From Haliotis cracherodii (lineage: Eukaryota): DNA of 64,000 nt. The stretch is from assembly GCF_022045235.1 (NCBI RefSeq), contig NW_027266267.1:32736001-32800000 (forward strand), given 5' to 3'. Position numbers and translations under genes: made by a program. Shown here piece after piece: positions 40,873-55,000 of the stretch; the first letter of the stretch is position 1; each line of letters opens with the position of its first letter. Under the pieces are notes generated by a model, which did no database searches, was not told where the DNA came from, and saw only the letters and a program-made list of their open reading frames with translations.

Positions 40873-42129
40873 CAAAGACAGATTTTTGCAAATAGTCGAG
40901 TGATTGATATTATGAGCAACGATCCATATCGTCGGGTACGATGACACGCAATCAACCAAGTCACCGAGGCTGATCATCCGGTCCATTTAGTCGTCTCTTA
41001 GACCAGCATAGGCTGGCGTGGGGCTCTGTAATTACGGTCGCCAATACCTGCAACATTAAGGTACAATATATTGGCCCTCGCCAAGTCCCGCGTGTGGTAG
41101 ACACAATGATAGTTGCTTTTAGCACACAGAGCTACTTTGTCGCTTGAGGTTAAAGTGTAATCCGACCCACTCAACAAAGTCAAGCCGCAAGTGTGTTTGA
41201 AGAATACTTTTATACCCAAAATGTTATTACAACTCGACACAAATCATGAAAAAGGCAGTTATATGTTGTATAACTATTTCTACACGTCACACAAAACAAG
41301 ACATAAACCAAGCACTGAATTGTCGGAGAGGTGGACTAATGGAGTTTGTAACGTCACGGCCGCTGAACTAATGCTTGCCACACACGCAGAGAGCTAGATA
41401 AATATTGCCACGGACTGACGGTACAAACAGCGAGACATGACCAAAAAGGTCAACAAATAGTAACATCAACAGTTTGCTAACAGAGGCGTGATGTAAACTG
41501 ACAAAAGATCCAATCGCTGGAAAACTGGGCAGTCGTTTGGTACAGGACTTGTTTGTTTTGTTTAAGTGTGGTATTATGTACATGTAGCAGCATTCGTCGC
41601 CTCGCAGTTCAGGGTGTCTTTGTAGGGTTAAAGAGTGGCATTATACACACTTAGCTAGCTGGAATAACATATGTGATTTATTATTTCAAAATGTGTTGAA
41701 TATAGACAGTCCGAACCTAAATGTTTTCTCTGAAGTTTGCATGTGTTCAGAAGACTCGCTCACTCACACTTAAAACTGTATACATCATATTATTATGCTC
41801 AAATATGTTTCACAACTTGTTTTTAAATAAAACTTTGTATAAATAACTTAATTGTAAATATATTAACTTGGTCCCGTCGCTATTTGGCTGAAATAATGCC
41901 GATGCGACGTTAATCTTTAACTCACTGACTCACTCAGAAGACAGACAGACCAGTTTATTTTATTTTGTCTCACTCGTAGAATACACTTACAATATATCAA
42001 AAGAAGTATAAACATAAAATTCTACAGCCAGTCGCTAGACTTGCGAGAGACAATATGTCATTGAAAATAATCAGTCACACACAGCGATAAGATATATACA
42101 TATATATATCAGTGATATAAAATGGAACG

Positions 42130-42425
42130 TCGCTTTGCTTAAATGTTATGGCAGGTTTTGGCCACGCTAGAAATAAAATCAACGTTTGATAAAATCAGTG
42201 TAAACTTTTCACTATAAGACTAATTATTAAAATGAGTAAATTTAAGACTACAGCGATTCAGAAGATCAGCCCTCACGTCGTCGTATAAAGAGCAGATAAG
42301 TAAAACATGGGTCTCGTCTTCCACCTGGTCTGAACAATTAAAGTAACATCTCTCTTCTGCTGACATGTTCGAGTAACGGCCAGTCTCTATCCTTAAAGGC
42401 GCCACGGCACATCTGAATTTAGCTG
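42130..42425 (-). mobile_element. 3' fragment of a LINE ORF2 (RTE-X/CR1-like C-terminus)
   Basis: AKFRC...LRIETGRY...EER.....C...VEDE.H.LL.C motif. Confidence 0.75.
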
Positions 42426-42909
42426 GAGAGCTCAGTTGAGCGGATATGACCGGGAACCTCACCAGATCAGAAACAAACACAAACCGAATCTTTGACACAA
42501 TGTGTTTATGAGGAAACGGGTGACAGGACATCTATTTCATGTGGTCTTATGAGAAAAAAGTCAGCGGTTTGCACTATTCCCGAAAGAAAATCACGAAAAA
42601 AATATGATCTCGTTTCAAAGACTTATAGGTGGGTGAAATTCTAGTCAACCTGTGAACCAAGTTTTCTTCTCACTGAGTCACAATCTCATACTAACTCCGC
42701 ACTTGCGGGATAGGGCTTAAATCGAATTTCCCATACTTAACATAATCCTTAATATTGAAAGATGCATAAAAACATTCAGTGAGTGAGTCTTTTTTCCGCC
42801 GCTTTTATCAATATTCCAGCAATATCACGGCGGGGGACACAAGGCTACCCGACCGTCCCTCATTACACCCACAGGTGAGGTGAGGTCAAATGCGGTTTGA
42901 CATCGCGTC

Positions 42910-42956
<47 letters not shown>

Positions 42957-44036
42957 TTTAACACATGCTGATACACTCCGTCCAGCAACCAAACCACGCA
43001 GTACGATAGTACACGCAGAGGCCATCATACACTCTGAAAATAGTAGAGTATTTAAACAGAGTGTGGCCGTCCCATGAAACACAAGCACGTATCGATATTA
43101 TTGATTTCTACGCTAACACGACCTGGTAGTTTGCCTGATTGACGCTGTGATCACGTATACACTGATCCAGACAAGAATGATTAAGTACCTTATTTCAGGT
43201 GCGAGAAACCAGTTAAAACACGACATTAAAGTTTAATGACAGTGCTCAGGCCGCTATCAGTCAGCCATAAATTACTCCTAGCGCGGTCTGATAAACACGG
43301 TGAAAGAAGATCGAGCTGAAGATATACGAGCCCTACTGACTAATTGCAATCAATACTAGTTTAAAAAACTGTACAACGATCGAAACCCGACAAATACGCC
43401 GAGTATACTCCCCGCTTATCAGTCACGCAAAGTCAATCCAAGTCCTAGGCTATGCATGATCAGGGCGTCGTATAACAATGGCCGTCATCAGAACATGTTT
43501 AAACAAAACCTACTCTAGTTTTCAATATATCCTGATACTGACAACAGGGCGAAAGGGTGCATTAGCGCAGGCTGGTGGTCTGGGACCGTGTTGTTGTTTG
43601 CCAGGCTGTCGGATCGATTGTACTGGGCCCGTTTGTGGTCATTCGAGGGCCGGCTTTGCCCACCCCCGCCCGATTTGACCACTGTAGCCTGGACTGCTTT
43701 TTCCTGTAGGATCAAGAAAAACAGCGGTGATGTGATATATTAGGTATGTGTATATAACTGATTGACGTTGACAAGTGTCTATTACAGGGAAATGTTAATA
43801 GCATTTGTATATTTTCATCGTGTGGTGATTTGTATATTAGGGGTATATGTCGATACAGAATATGTGACTAATAACATAAAAAAACCCATTGGCCTTAAAA
43901 ATAATTAAAAATAATATTGATTAAAAAAGTGAACGTTTTGCGAGATTTTTTAAATAAACAAACTTCTTCCTCAAGTTCCCCCGCGGGGGTACATTAAACG
44001 TGGTTAATACATACCGAGTTAGAACATACTGAATAT

Positions 44037-44274
44037 TGTTTGTTTGTTTGTTGGTTAACGCCGCACTCAAACATATTCCAGCTATATGACGGCGGTCTGT
44101 AAGTAATCGATATCATGAGCATCGATCAACACAACTGAGGTCGATGACATCCATCAACCAAGTCAGCGAGCCTGACCACCTGATCCCGTTATCCCCTCTT
44201 AAGACAAGCATAGTCACCTTTTACGGCAAGCATGGGTTCCTGAAGACCTATTCTTCCCCAGATCTTCACGGGTC
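44037..44274 (-). mobile_element. SINE-like element with non-tRNA head (GACCCGTGAAG family)
   Basis: 13-bp TSD ACATACTGAATAT at 44024-44036 and 44275-44287; (AAAC)n tail. Confidence 0.85.
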
Positions 44275-46490
44275 ACATACTGAATATACAAGATGAAGAT
44301 TTTGTAAAATTAAAACTCACGCGAGCAAAGCCATGTGTCGGCGTGACAATTATACTTTCGTTCAGATATTCCAAATGTAAAGTCTATATTATCGTATATG
44401 GTTATTCGGGTCCTTCTGTCAACTATGTTTGTGTTTTGCGATTCTTCTCCTTGTCAACTGCTTCATGTTTGTGGATGCTATAGTATGCATGCAGCAGCAG
44501 CACAGCAGGTATGTCGGGGCGTCTTACAATGTGCTCATTAACAGCAAACAATATGTGTGTTTTGTTCAAACGTATCGCTTCAGTGCTACCTTTCACACAT
44601 CATTAGTCAGCGCCACCTGGCGGTCATCGTAACCTGCTTAATCCCCAAACCGTTAATCCTCTAAATCTGTCCCCGTTCTACGGGTTTACTCCCCTCAGTC
44701 AGACAATGGAGTAGGGATTAATACGGTCAGCACTAAATGGGACTATCCCAATCTAGACTATATCTAGTGGACATATTAGACAGCTTGGGAATTAACAAAA
44801 CATAATACATTAGGTTAGTGAGTTTAGGCCATGTTAGGAATCAATATTGTTTCTGTTTTCTTTTCTGCCGACCGCCTCCGTGGTCTAGTGGTAGAGCGTC
44901 CGGAAAACGGAGCGTGGCGGGTTCGATCCCCGTCCGCGTCATACCAAAAGACGTTAAACGAAGGTACTTGTTGTTACCCTGTCTGGCGCTCGGTATTAAG
45001 GGGCTAAAACAAGGACTGGTTGGCTTGGAGTCAGTATACTGTGTCTGAGTAGGGTATTCATGTTAAACTGCGGCATGGTATCTCAGTGGGCTAGCTCCAT
45101 AAAATGCNNNNNNNNNNNNNNNNNNNNNNNNNNNNNNNNNNNNNNNNNNNNNNNNNNNNNNNNNNNNNNNNNNNNNNNNNNNNNNNNNNNNNNNNNNNNN
45201 NNNNNNNNNNNNNNNNNNNNNNNNNNNNNNNNNNNNNNNNNNNNNNNNNNNNCACACATTCACGCATACAGACACATACACACACAATCGCACAGTAATA
45301 CACACATTCACACATACAGACACATACACACGCAATCGCACAGTAATACACACATTCAAGCATACATACAGGCTCACACAGACATACACAGACACACACA
45401 CACAGACACACATACACACACAGATAATAATCTTGATCGCGATGTTCCATCCCATTTCATCCTACCGATTATGTATTCACTGCAGTAAATGAACACAGAG
45501 TTGACTGACGGGTTTCAACTTTAAATACGGAACAGAATGATGCTGGTGATCAACAACTCAAACAATAAAGAGGTTGAACTGCATAAGTGAAATCTGATTG
45601 GTTCATACCGCAACTTCTGATGCCACGTAGAACACTATAGTTGCCACCCGTAAAGATCCGTGGAAAAGAATAGGTCTTCACCAACCCATGCCTGTCGTAA
45701 GAGTTGACTAACAAGATCGGGTGGTCAGGCTCGCTGACTTGGTTGATGCATGTCATCATATCTCAGATGCGCATGATGCCAATCACTGGATTGTGTGATC
45801 CAGACTCGATCATTTACATACCCCCGTCACATAGTTGAAATATTGCGGCGTTAAACAACAAACAAACAAACAAACAAACAAACCACACTAGCCATCAACA
45901 ATCAATAGTGTTTGTTGTCGATTAATAAATCGATTAATAATGATTAGTGTATACACGCCAAACAAAGCGAAAGGAAGCGTCATTAATAAAAAATCTGTAC
46001 GTGGTCACAAATATCAAAATAAAGTTAACCATCATCTGTTTCGTTTGTTGTGTAAAGCCGCATTCAGCAATATGCAATATGTTTTATGACGGCGGCCTGT
46101 AAATAGTCGAGTCTGGACCAGACAATCCAGAGATTGATATTGCGAGCAACGAGCTACGCAATTGGGATACGCCGCCGGGGTACGATCACGCGCAGTCCAC
46201 CAAGTCACCGAGCCTGACCACTCGATCCATGATGAATCAAAGGATCACGGGTATGGTGCTCACAAAACAAGGAAAATAATCAGGGCGAAAAATGTAATCG
46301 AAACCACGGCAAGCGGATCCTGTCACGACTAGGGGACACGACCAATCACTCGCCACGCCAACCTCCTCTTCCCACACCGAAACATACATATCTTAATATA
46401 AGTAAAAAGTGATGTTTTGTTATTACATATGTTTCAACTGTGTTTCACATATCTTTACTGTTAATTTCAGGCTCACATGTTTCACACAAG

Positions 46491-47423
46491 ATGGCTTTGA
46501 AATCAACACGCAGGCGGCAGTTGTATATTTCAGTCGTCCTGACATGCATGTCAGTCAGTCTGTGTGTACTCTATCTTCAAGAAAACAGCGTGCACGAACA
46601 AGCAACTGTCGAAGTAGTCCCCGTGACGTCACCAACTGGACAAATTACGTCACTCCTGAACAAGTCCGATCATTTTGTTGTGCCGAACATCGTTCATTTC
46701 GTGTGGTTTGGAGAAGATCTGAAGTTTAGATTTCATCATCTTTTGAGCATCAAATCAGCTTACAGCATCTTAAAACCTGATCGGATTTTATTCCACTGCA
46801 ATCATAAGCCGGTGGGAAAATGGTGGAAAGTTATTAAACAAACTATTCCTATTCTGAGGATTGTGGACAGAGAAGCTCCAACGGAAATCTATGGAAATAT
46901 GGTGATCCGTTCGGAACATAAATCCGATATTGCTCGGATTCAGATTCTGCAGAAATATGGCGGAATTTATATGGATACTGACGTCATTGCTTTGAAATCG
47001 TTTAATCCCCTTAGACATTATGGGATTACGATGGGTATTGAGTACCACGGTACCCCAGGAAGATTAAACAACGGTATCATAGTTTCGGCTCCTAATGCGA
47101 CATTCCTTTCACTCTGGTTGAATACTTACAGGAACTTCTCAAAGCGCGAGTGGGATTATCACGACTCTATAATCCCGTATTATTTGCAGTTTACTTATCC
47201 GCATTTAATCCACGTGGAGGAAAAGACTCTGAACTACCCAAGTGGATTGGATATAAACTTGATATATAAAGACGTGTATGACTGGTCAAGGAACTACGCC
47301 ATGCATCTGTGGTACAGGCTCTATGACACCGAACACGGACCCACTGGAATTAAAACAATGAATACGACATTTGGTCAGATAGCAAGATATATCTATTATG
47401 GTACTAGGGACATATTAAAATGA
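46491..47423 (+). CDS. Glycosyltransferase family 32 (alpha-1,4-Gal/GlcNAc transferase, A4GALT/A4GNT-like), 310 aa, type II membrane
   Basis: Intact ORF. Splice acceptor ttaatttcag at 46470 precedes ATG 46491. Short basic N-terminus + TM helix; motifs VPNIVHFVW, HKSDIARIQIL.KYGGIYMDTDV (DxD), NNGII, HLW. Confidence 0.9.
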   Translation: MALKSTRRRQLYISVVLTCMSVSLCVLYLQENSVHEQATVEVVPVTSPTGQITSLLNKSDHFVVPNIVHFVWFGEDLKFRFHHLLSIKSAYSILKPDRILFHCNHKPVGKWWKVIKQTIPILRIVDREAPTEIYGNMVIRSEHKSDIARIQILQKYGGIYMDTDVIALKSFNPLRHYGITMGIEYHGTPGRLNNGIIVSAPNATFLSLWLNTYRNFSKREWDYHDSIIPYYLQFTYPHLIHVEEKTLNYPSGLDINLIYKDVYDWSRNYAMHLWYRLYDTEHGPTGIKTMNTTFGQIARYIYYGTRDILK

Positions 47424-47732
47424 ACATTCCGAATAGATAGGAATTAGACATGCCAGAAACCTATGATCGTGGGTTCGAATCCCAGATTCTAGTATCGTCA
47501 GCACCTTGCCTGCGCACGTAGGTAAACGTTTGAGGCCTGCATCCCACCTCACGGTCATGTGACTCAAAGTCACTCAGTTTAATGTCTGTCTGTTTTTAAT
47601 ATGAAAGATGGCTTCCGTGTATAGGATCATTCACTCACTCAAAACCCACCTACCCACTCACCCACCCACGCATCCACCCACTCACCCACCCAAGCACCCA
47701 TCCGTCCACTCACCCACCAACTCACTTACTCA

Positions 47733-47933
47733 CTGCCTCCGTGGTCTAGTGGTAGAGCGTCCGCCCGGAGAGCGGAAGGTCCGAGGTTGATCCCCGGCCG
47801 CGTCATACCAAGATATGAAGATGGTACTTGTTGTTACCCTGTCTGGTGCTCGGCATAAGGGGCTAAAACAAGGACTGGTCGGAGTCAGTATACTGTGTCT
47901 GACTGGGTATTCATGTTTAACTGTTAAACTGGT

Positions 47934-47993
<60 letters not shown>

Positions 47994-48089
47994 GCTAGCA
48001 CACACGCACGCACGCACACGCACACACGTCGCTATAGAAGTTCAATAATCTTGAACGCGAATTTAAACTCCATTTCACTCACTCACTCA
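47733..48089 (+). mobile_element. tRNA-derived SINE with Meta/MESC-like central domain and internal (CA)n
   Basis: Head GTGGTCTAGTGGTAGAGCG; domain GTCATACCAA..GA....AAGATGGTAC...CCCTG.CTGG.GCTC. Copies at ~17251-17582(-), 20479-20795(-), 30687-31010, 31526-31770, 44872-45460, 51870-52085(-) and 56048-56220(-). Confidence 0.75.
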
Positions 48090-48571
48090 TCACCCCCTTT
48101 CACCAGAAACGCCGTACATCGAATAAAGCAAGATAGCCAATTCTGAATGTCAAAATAACAACCAGAAATTAGCTTGTGTTTGAGTGCGGATATGGCCGAA
48201 ATTTAAGCGCATTCAACTGCTGTCTGAGTGATCACATATTTTAACTGTGATGAATAAAAGTATATATAATACCAGAATGACGATTTGATTATATATTATG
48301 TGTTAAACTCCGCCCAGGCTACAAAGATTTACTTTTGGACTTTACCATGGAGACAATCTCAGTTTCTAATTTATTCTACCATTTATCAATAGCTCGCATA
48401 ACAGTTAGAAACACCGATATGCAACAGATTGTCACAGCACTGTGTCATGTCAAACGCTTGATACATACAGACTCCTGACGGTCATGGAATACAGAGGGGA
48501 TGCCAGGACATACAAGACAACGACTGATTCATCATCTGTCTCGTTTTCAAATTCAAAAGTATTATACACTT

Positions 48572-48900
48572 GTGAGTGTAGTTAGTATGTGAGCGTGGTT
48601 AGTATGTGCGTGTGGTTAGTATGTGAGAGTAGTATGTGAGAGTAGTTAGTATGTGAGAGTAGTTAGTATGTGAGAGTAGTTAGTATGTGAGCGTGGTTAG
48701 TATGTGCGTGTGGTAGTATGTGAGAGTAGTTAGTATGTGAGCGTGGTTAGTATGTCAGCGTGGTTAGTATGTGAGAGTGGATAGAATGTGAGAGTGGCTA
48801 GTATGTGAGTGTGTTTTGTAAGTGAGTGTGGTTGGTATGTGAAAGTAGTAAGTATGTGAAAGTGGTTAGTATGTGAGTGTAGTTAGTATGTCGGTGTGGT
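48572..48900. repeat. Minisatellite, ~17-bp unit GTAGTTAGTATGTGAGA
   Basis: About 19 degenerate tandem units. Confidence 0.9.
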
Positions 48901-49005
48901 CATGATATCTATGTTGTAAGTATATAGAGGATTCCATGTGTAAACAATTTTTTTTCTGTCATCGAGTGGCCGGGGTGGTGAAGGAAATTTTTTCACGAGT
49001 GGCGT

Positions 49006-49266
49006 GACCCGTGAAAATCCGGGGTAGAATAGGTCTTCAGCAACCCATGCTTGCCGTAAAAGGCGACTATGCTTGTCGTAAGAGGCGACTAACGGGATCG
49101 GGTGATCAGCCTTGCTGACTTGGTTGATGCATGTCATCGTATCCCAATTGCGTGGATCGATGCTCATGATATAATTCACTGGATTATCTGTTCCAGACTC
49201 GATTATTTACAGACCGCCGTCACATTGCTGGATTATTGCTGAGTGCGGCGTTAAACAACAAACAAA
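49006..49266 (+). mobile_element. SINE-like element with non-tRNA head (GACCCGTGAAG family), full-length
   Basis: TSD CACGAGTGG(C/T)GT at 48994-49005 and 49267-49278. Many other copies, e.g. 24388-24651, 33599-33840, 37142-37325, 45647-45885, 26240-26470 and 21620-21785(-). Confidence 0.85.
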
Positions 49267-51924
49267 CACGAGTGGTGTAGCAAAACGAGTGAAATATCTC
49301 CTTTTCCCCGTCACACGAGACACATGGACTATCTTATTTATCAGTACGTTTTGTGTAGTTGTCTACCGAAAAGTTAAATTCTTTCATTACAAATGTTAAA
49401 CCTTGAAACGTAAATTCCCCCTACCTTTCACCCATAGACGCTTCACCATCCCTTGTAATTACGAATTAAAAAGTAGTTCCGTGTTTGCAAAATCGTAAGA
49501 AATGTAAAGAAAAGTAACAAAAATATTTGATTTGAATTCTTTATCATACATTTGGTAATGATTATATTCAAAGTTAACTTCAACTAAAGATATTCTTGAA
49601 ATCTACGAGACCGTTGATGGAAGTGAAAGAATACACGTTGGTCAACTAACTAAAATGAGACATTTCCGCTTTATAACGAAACATTGTTGAGACAATATAA
49701 ACGGGAATCTGCGATATTAACTCCATCTGCCATTATTGTGCCATGTCAGTGTGGAACGAATGTAAAGAGGACGTCAACAGTTTGTCTACAGGCGTCACAC
49801 TGTGATAATGTGCGGGGAGGTAACTCTTGAAGGACAATAGTTCCGGCAAAGCGTTATGTTCACTGCAGTGAAATATCAAGTGTTCTGTTCACTGCAGATA
49901 AAGCATAACTTTTCTTAACTTCCGAAAACTCAGTATTTCACACTGAAGTATCTTAAATCAGTGCATATAATATGTCGGTGTGGTTAGTATTCGATGGGTT
50001 AGAGGAAATGTGACATCTTATGTCAGTTACCATGCCAAGGAGAAGGGTGGGTGTCAAAATATTTCAACATCGATTAACAAAAGTATCCTTGTGATACTGT
50101 GTTATTGCTATACATGCAGTGCAAGCGATTCTGTGGTATTTGACTGACTGGCTGGCCAAACAATAGTTTTGCGTTTATTTTTCCAATCAACCGAAAATAT
50201 TCATAAGGCCACGCCCACAGACAAACTATGTTTCCTGATTAGTAGAATGGGCGGGGCTGGTGTAACATATGACACTCAACGATGTCACTGATGTCGCACT
50301 GTTCCCGACAGTTATTGATGTGTTTATGGAGTTATAAACGTAAATCTGGTGTGCACATTTTGCGTCAATCCTCAAATCTTACATTACTGGACGGAGCATC
50401 ACGCACCTGTCCCAGCTAGTGTGCCAGTCTTGTTAGTTCACTGTTAGGAATTGGCCTTATGTCATATCGATTATTCTTGTGAGTTTTAGACTGATCGGGA
50501 GAAAGCATGTCTTGTCACCAACGTCGTCATCAATTTAGCGATGTGATCAGTGAATAGAAATCATTTTTTGTGACGTTAAACCCGCAATCGTGTTTACCTG
50601 GACGTTAATACCATGTGTTGATGTTTGAGGCCCATATGTTAATCTTGCTATGCTGAAATACCGGGAAATCTCGTTGTCATATCTTGCTGCCTGGTGTTCT
50701 TTAGACGAGAAGACCTTTCAGGAATTTCTATGGAAGACAACACCGTTCTAGAATTTTTGTGGAAGACACGGCCATTCTAGAATTTCTATGGAATAAAAGA
50801 CTTTCATGACTTGTTATGGACGACAAGACTGTTCATTAAATTCCCTTAGAAAATAAGACAAATCAGAAGGTAATTACCGCTTGGACTGACCGCTTTTAGC
50901 AATATTCCAGCAATATCACGGCGGGGGACACCAGAAATGGGCTTCACACATTGTACCCATGTCAGGAATTGAGCCCGGGTTTTCGGCGTGACGAGCGAAC
51001 GCTTTACCCACTAGGCTACCCGACCGCCGGGATAAGGATGATCGAACCCACGAACACAGATTGTGGCACTCCTAAAGGACGCCCTTGCCACCAATGGCCC
51101 CGATCACGTGATTACGACTATGGTGCTGTCAAAACAAAGATTAAAATAAGTTGAACGTTAGATTCGAACCCACAACAAGCACATCCCAGGTGTTGAGTCG
51201 ACTTAAGCCACTGAGCCACTTGGCCTTCTTTTAGCGACAAATATTTTATATAATAACTTGTGTAGAGCTAAGATCAGTTCGTGCAAACGGTCCCAGGCGT
51301 TGTGCATTGTGCAAGCCTTGTGTCTGCTGTTTGCAATTCAGGAAATACTACAGATAGAGAGAATACACACTAGTGTAATTGTAGAAATATACATAGGACC
51401 AATGAACAGAATAAAGCAAATGACATCGCCTGATTGGTGTGTTTTATTATGTGAGACAATTAACGCCGCCCTCAGCAATATTCCAGCCCACATTGACTGT
51501 TACTTGTAATGTATTGCACGTGCATGGACTAAACCACTTGTTGACTCAGGCGTGTTTTTTTGGTAGCTTGTTCCATTACTTTCAATCTTGCATTTTCCAA
51601 TGTTTATAATAGAGGACACTTATGACGAAAGGAGGCGCCGCGATTCGCTGTGCAGAGTTGCGTCACATGGGCACGCCAGAAACCTATGATTGTGGGTTCG
51701 AATCCCGGTTCGCCCCGATTATGTTTCTAGGTTTGTCAGCACCATAATCGTGCGGCGTTAAACCCAACTCACTCACTCACTCATGATGAAAGGAATCATT
51801 TATAAATCCTGCTCTCACGAATCAATGAAGACACCATAACAGGTATAAGTATGATGTCATACATGTGACTTGAGGTGGGTCTAACGTCTTGTTCTAGATT
51901 ATTGCACGAATATAGCGCCGTGTA

Positions 51925-52010
<86 letters not shown>

Positions 52011-55000
52011 TGGCTGCTTGAACTAGTCCGGATGTACGCCGGTGTTAAAGTGTTAGCCCACTGAGATAACATGGCAGTGTTTTACATTCACGATATAGTC
52101 AAACACTATTCCGTCATATCCCAGTCCCCCTACCCCCTCCCCCGTCCCCCCACCCACCCCTCAGAGATAATATTATGATCCGTCCTTTACCTGATTTATA
52201 AACCCTAAGTGGCGTCTTGCTATTGTTTTAAGGGGACTCCTTTTCGTAGGGGCTTTTAGCAGGTAACTTTTACAGAACACCACACTGTCCCAGGTATGTT
52301 CCATGCAAAATCCCCGGGTCTTTCACAGAGACAACCGGGAAAGTGGGTGTTACTTATATTTCAGTGGGATGAAACTTGCAACCTTTGTACTAGAAGCCTA
52401 GTAAGCCTTGTGGTATAAGCGTTCGCACGTCACACTGAAGACCCGGGATCGATTCCCACGTGGGTACAATGTTTGTAGCCCATTTCTGGTGTCCCCCGAC
52501 GAGAAATTACTGGAATAATGCTGCAAGTGGCGTAAAACCATACTCACTCACTTTCTCGAGTACACATACGCCAGAAAGATACATTTTACGTCCGTTTCCA
52601 AAGGTTCATGGAAATTTCTTTGAAAACTTTGATTAAGATTCCTCTTTCGTTTTTTTGTACAGATCAATATGAAGGTGTAAAGTCTGCAACGCAAATCTAG
52701 GCGAGATCTGTTATTGTGTAGGTCTCGCGTGTATATATACATCTATAACGAGCAAGGCACATTACTCTGTCAACTGATAGCCATCTGATCAGTCAATGCA
52801 TTGTGTCACCACGGTGTATTTGTGTGTTTCAAGCTTCAGAAATCGGACAATGGAATCGTGCAGTGAATACGAACTCCTTGCACACGCACAAGACACATGC
52901 ATCATTTTGACTTTACACAAAACACGGTGGTAGAGATCACGACTTCTACATGTGAACACACAAAAGCTTACTTGTAGGACATGTACGACGATACATAACT
53001 CAAGTGGGACTCATGTTTATAGATGGCTTGGACTCTACCTGAGGGACGTGGTTTGAGGCGCCGTAGAGTTGCGGCACTTAACCGTGACAGGATCCGCAAA
53101 TCGGATTGGTTCGAATCCCGGACTCCAAATATGTTTTTTTTGTCTCTAAATATAAAACGTCAATGCCAGAGAATATTCAGTGCCGATTATCAGCCAAAGT
53201 GGATTTAGTAGGGGCTAAAGGGTAAAATAGTTGAACAAATTATGTGAATGGATCACTGAAAAGACGGACAAGACGTACAGTTCTAAACGTGATTATTTGG
53301 TGTGTTCTATTTAAACGCGTTTAGGTCTACACACATAAATAAACTATCGTCTCACAGCCTAAACTCCACCTAAACTCAACATTCCCATGATCTAAACATG
53401 TTCACACATTTAACACGGTTAAACCAGTTTAGATTTTGAACATGTTTTGATTTTAACATGTTAGAATCTAAAATACGTTTAAACTTGTTTCGAATTTAAA
53501 CAGTTTTAAACATGTTGAGGATTTAAACCTGTTTCAATAAAGTCCATGTTATTTGGCACAAAGTCAAATATGGGTAAGATTTATAATATATATTGAAATT
53601 AGATATGCAAATCAGATTGACACGCACTTGCATCACACATATACCACCAGGACTTGCAACGAACAATATGAATATAAAAATGTACAATTTAACCAAACTC
53701 GGTTAATGCTGACTAGGAAAATTAACAATTGTGACTACAACAGTCACCGTAGCACAGGTGGTAGCGAGAAAGACATAAAATCAGGAGGCTACTGGTTCGT
53801 ATCCCACCGCCAAATTAATCCATTTATACTGCTAAAATAGCTTTTATCCACCCCATCCCACACAGTCACTTCTTTTTTCCTATTAAACGCTAATAAGACA
53901 CATAAAACATCACTATTTTAAATTACCTACAATGAATTTCAAGGAGGGTATACCCATTTAATATAGACCCTTAACACGTTCAGCTGTTAAACACAACCCC
54001 AAACCTGTTAAGACCGAAACATGTCTCAATTATGGGACAAGGGTCTGTTTACGTTTGTTTTCAGTACCCAAACACATTTTTTACAGTTCAGTTTAAGGTG
54101 ACAGCATAAACAAGTACAAGTATTGACGACAACAGAACCCCCCCCCCCCCCCCCCCCCCCCTTCAAATATGCCAGACCACCTTCGGTAATTGTTAGATAT
54201 ATTGTTTGTAGGTACTTTAACTTTACCCATCCAATGTGACATCGATCTTGCTGTTGATGATATGTATGCCGTGGGTGGGCTGTGTGGTAGGTGGGAGTGG
54301 TGTCCAACACGCCTCTTCCACCCATCGTCATCCCCATCCAACAACTTACTGGACGCATACACTTGCCACCCTACGTGTGCTCCGTTGACATTCTTGGCTG
54401 TGGTAGGTCCCCAGTGACTTACGTTTTCCGTGAGAGGCGCTTACATATCGGGAGTCACAATTTCAAACAGTGCTCTGTCAGGTCCAGACTCGATTATTTA
54501 CTCAACATTATGCATACGCAAGTGTTTTGTTTGTTCGTTTGTTTGTTTGTTGTTTAACGCCACACTCAGAAATATTCCATCTATATGACAACGGTCTGTA
54601 AATAATCGAACCTGGGACAGACAACCCAGTGATTGACATCATGAGCATCAATCTACACAATTAGGATACGATGACATGCAACCGAGTCCCCAAGTCTGAC
54701 CACCCGATTGGTTGCTGAAGATCAGTTCTAACCCCGAGGCCAGCTTGGTTGTCAGGAAGACACGTGCCTACTACGCATAGAGAATATTAGAGGAAATGAG
54801 TTTCCGTATCCTAAATATCATAATTATGTTATGAATAAAATTTGTATTATTCGAGACATATATATTCTTATATTCTTAATAATTATACTTACGATGCGGA
54901 AACAGACGGGGTCAAATATTTATTTGTACTCACGAATCGGACAAGCACTGTCTGAACATATTGGGAGCCAATAACTTATTGATCAAGCCGAAATTTCATC

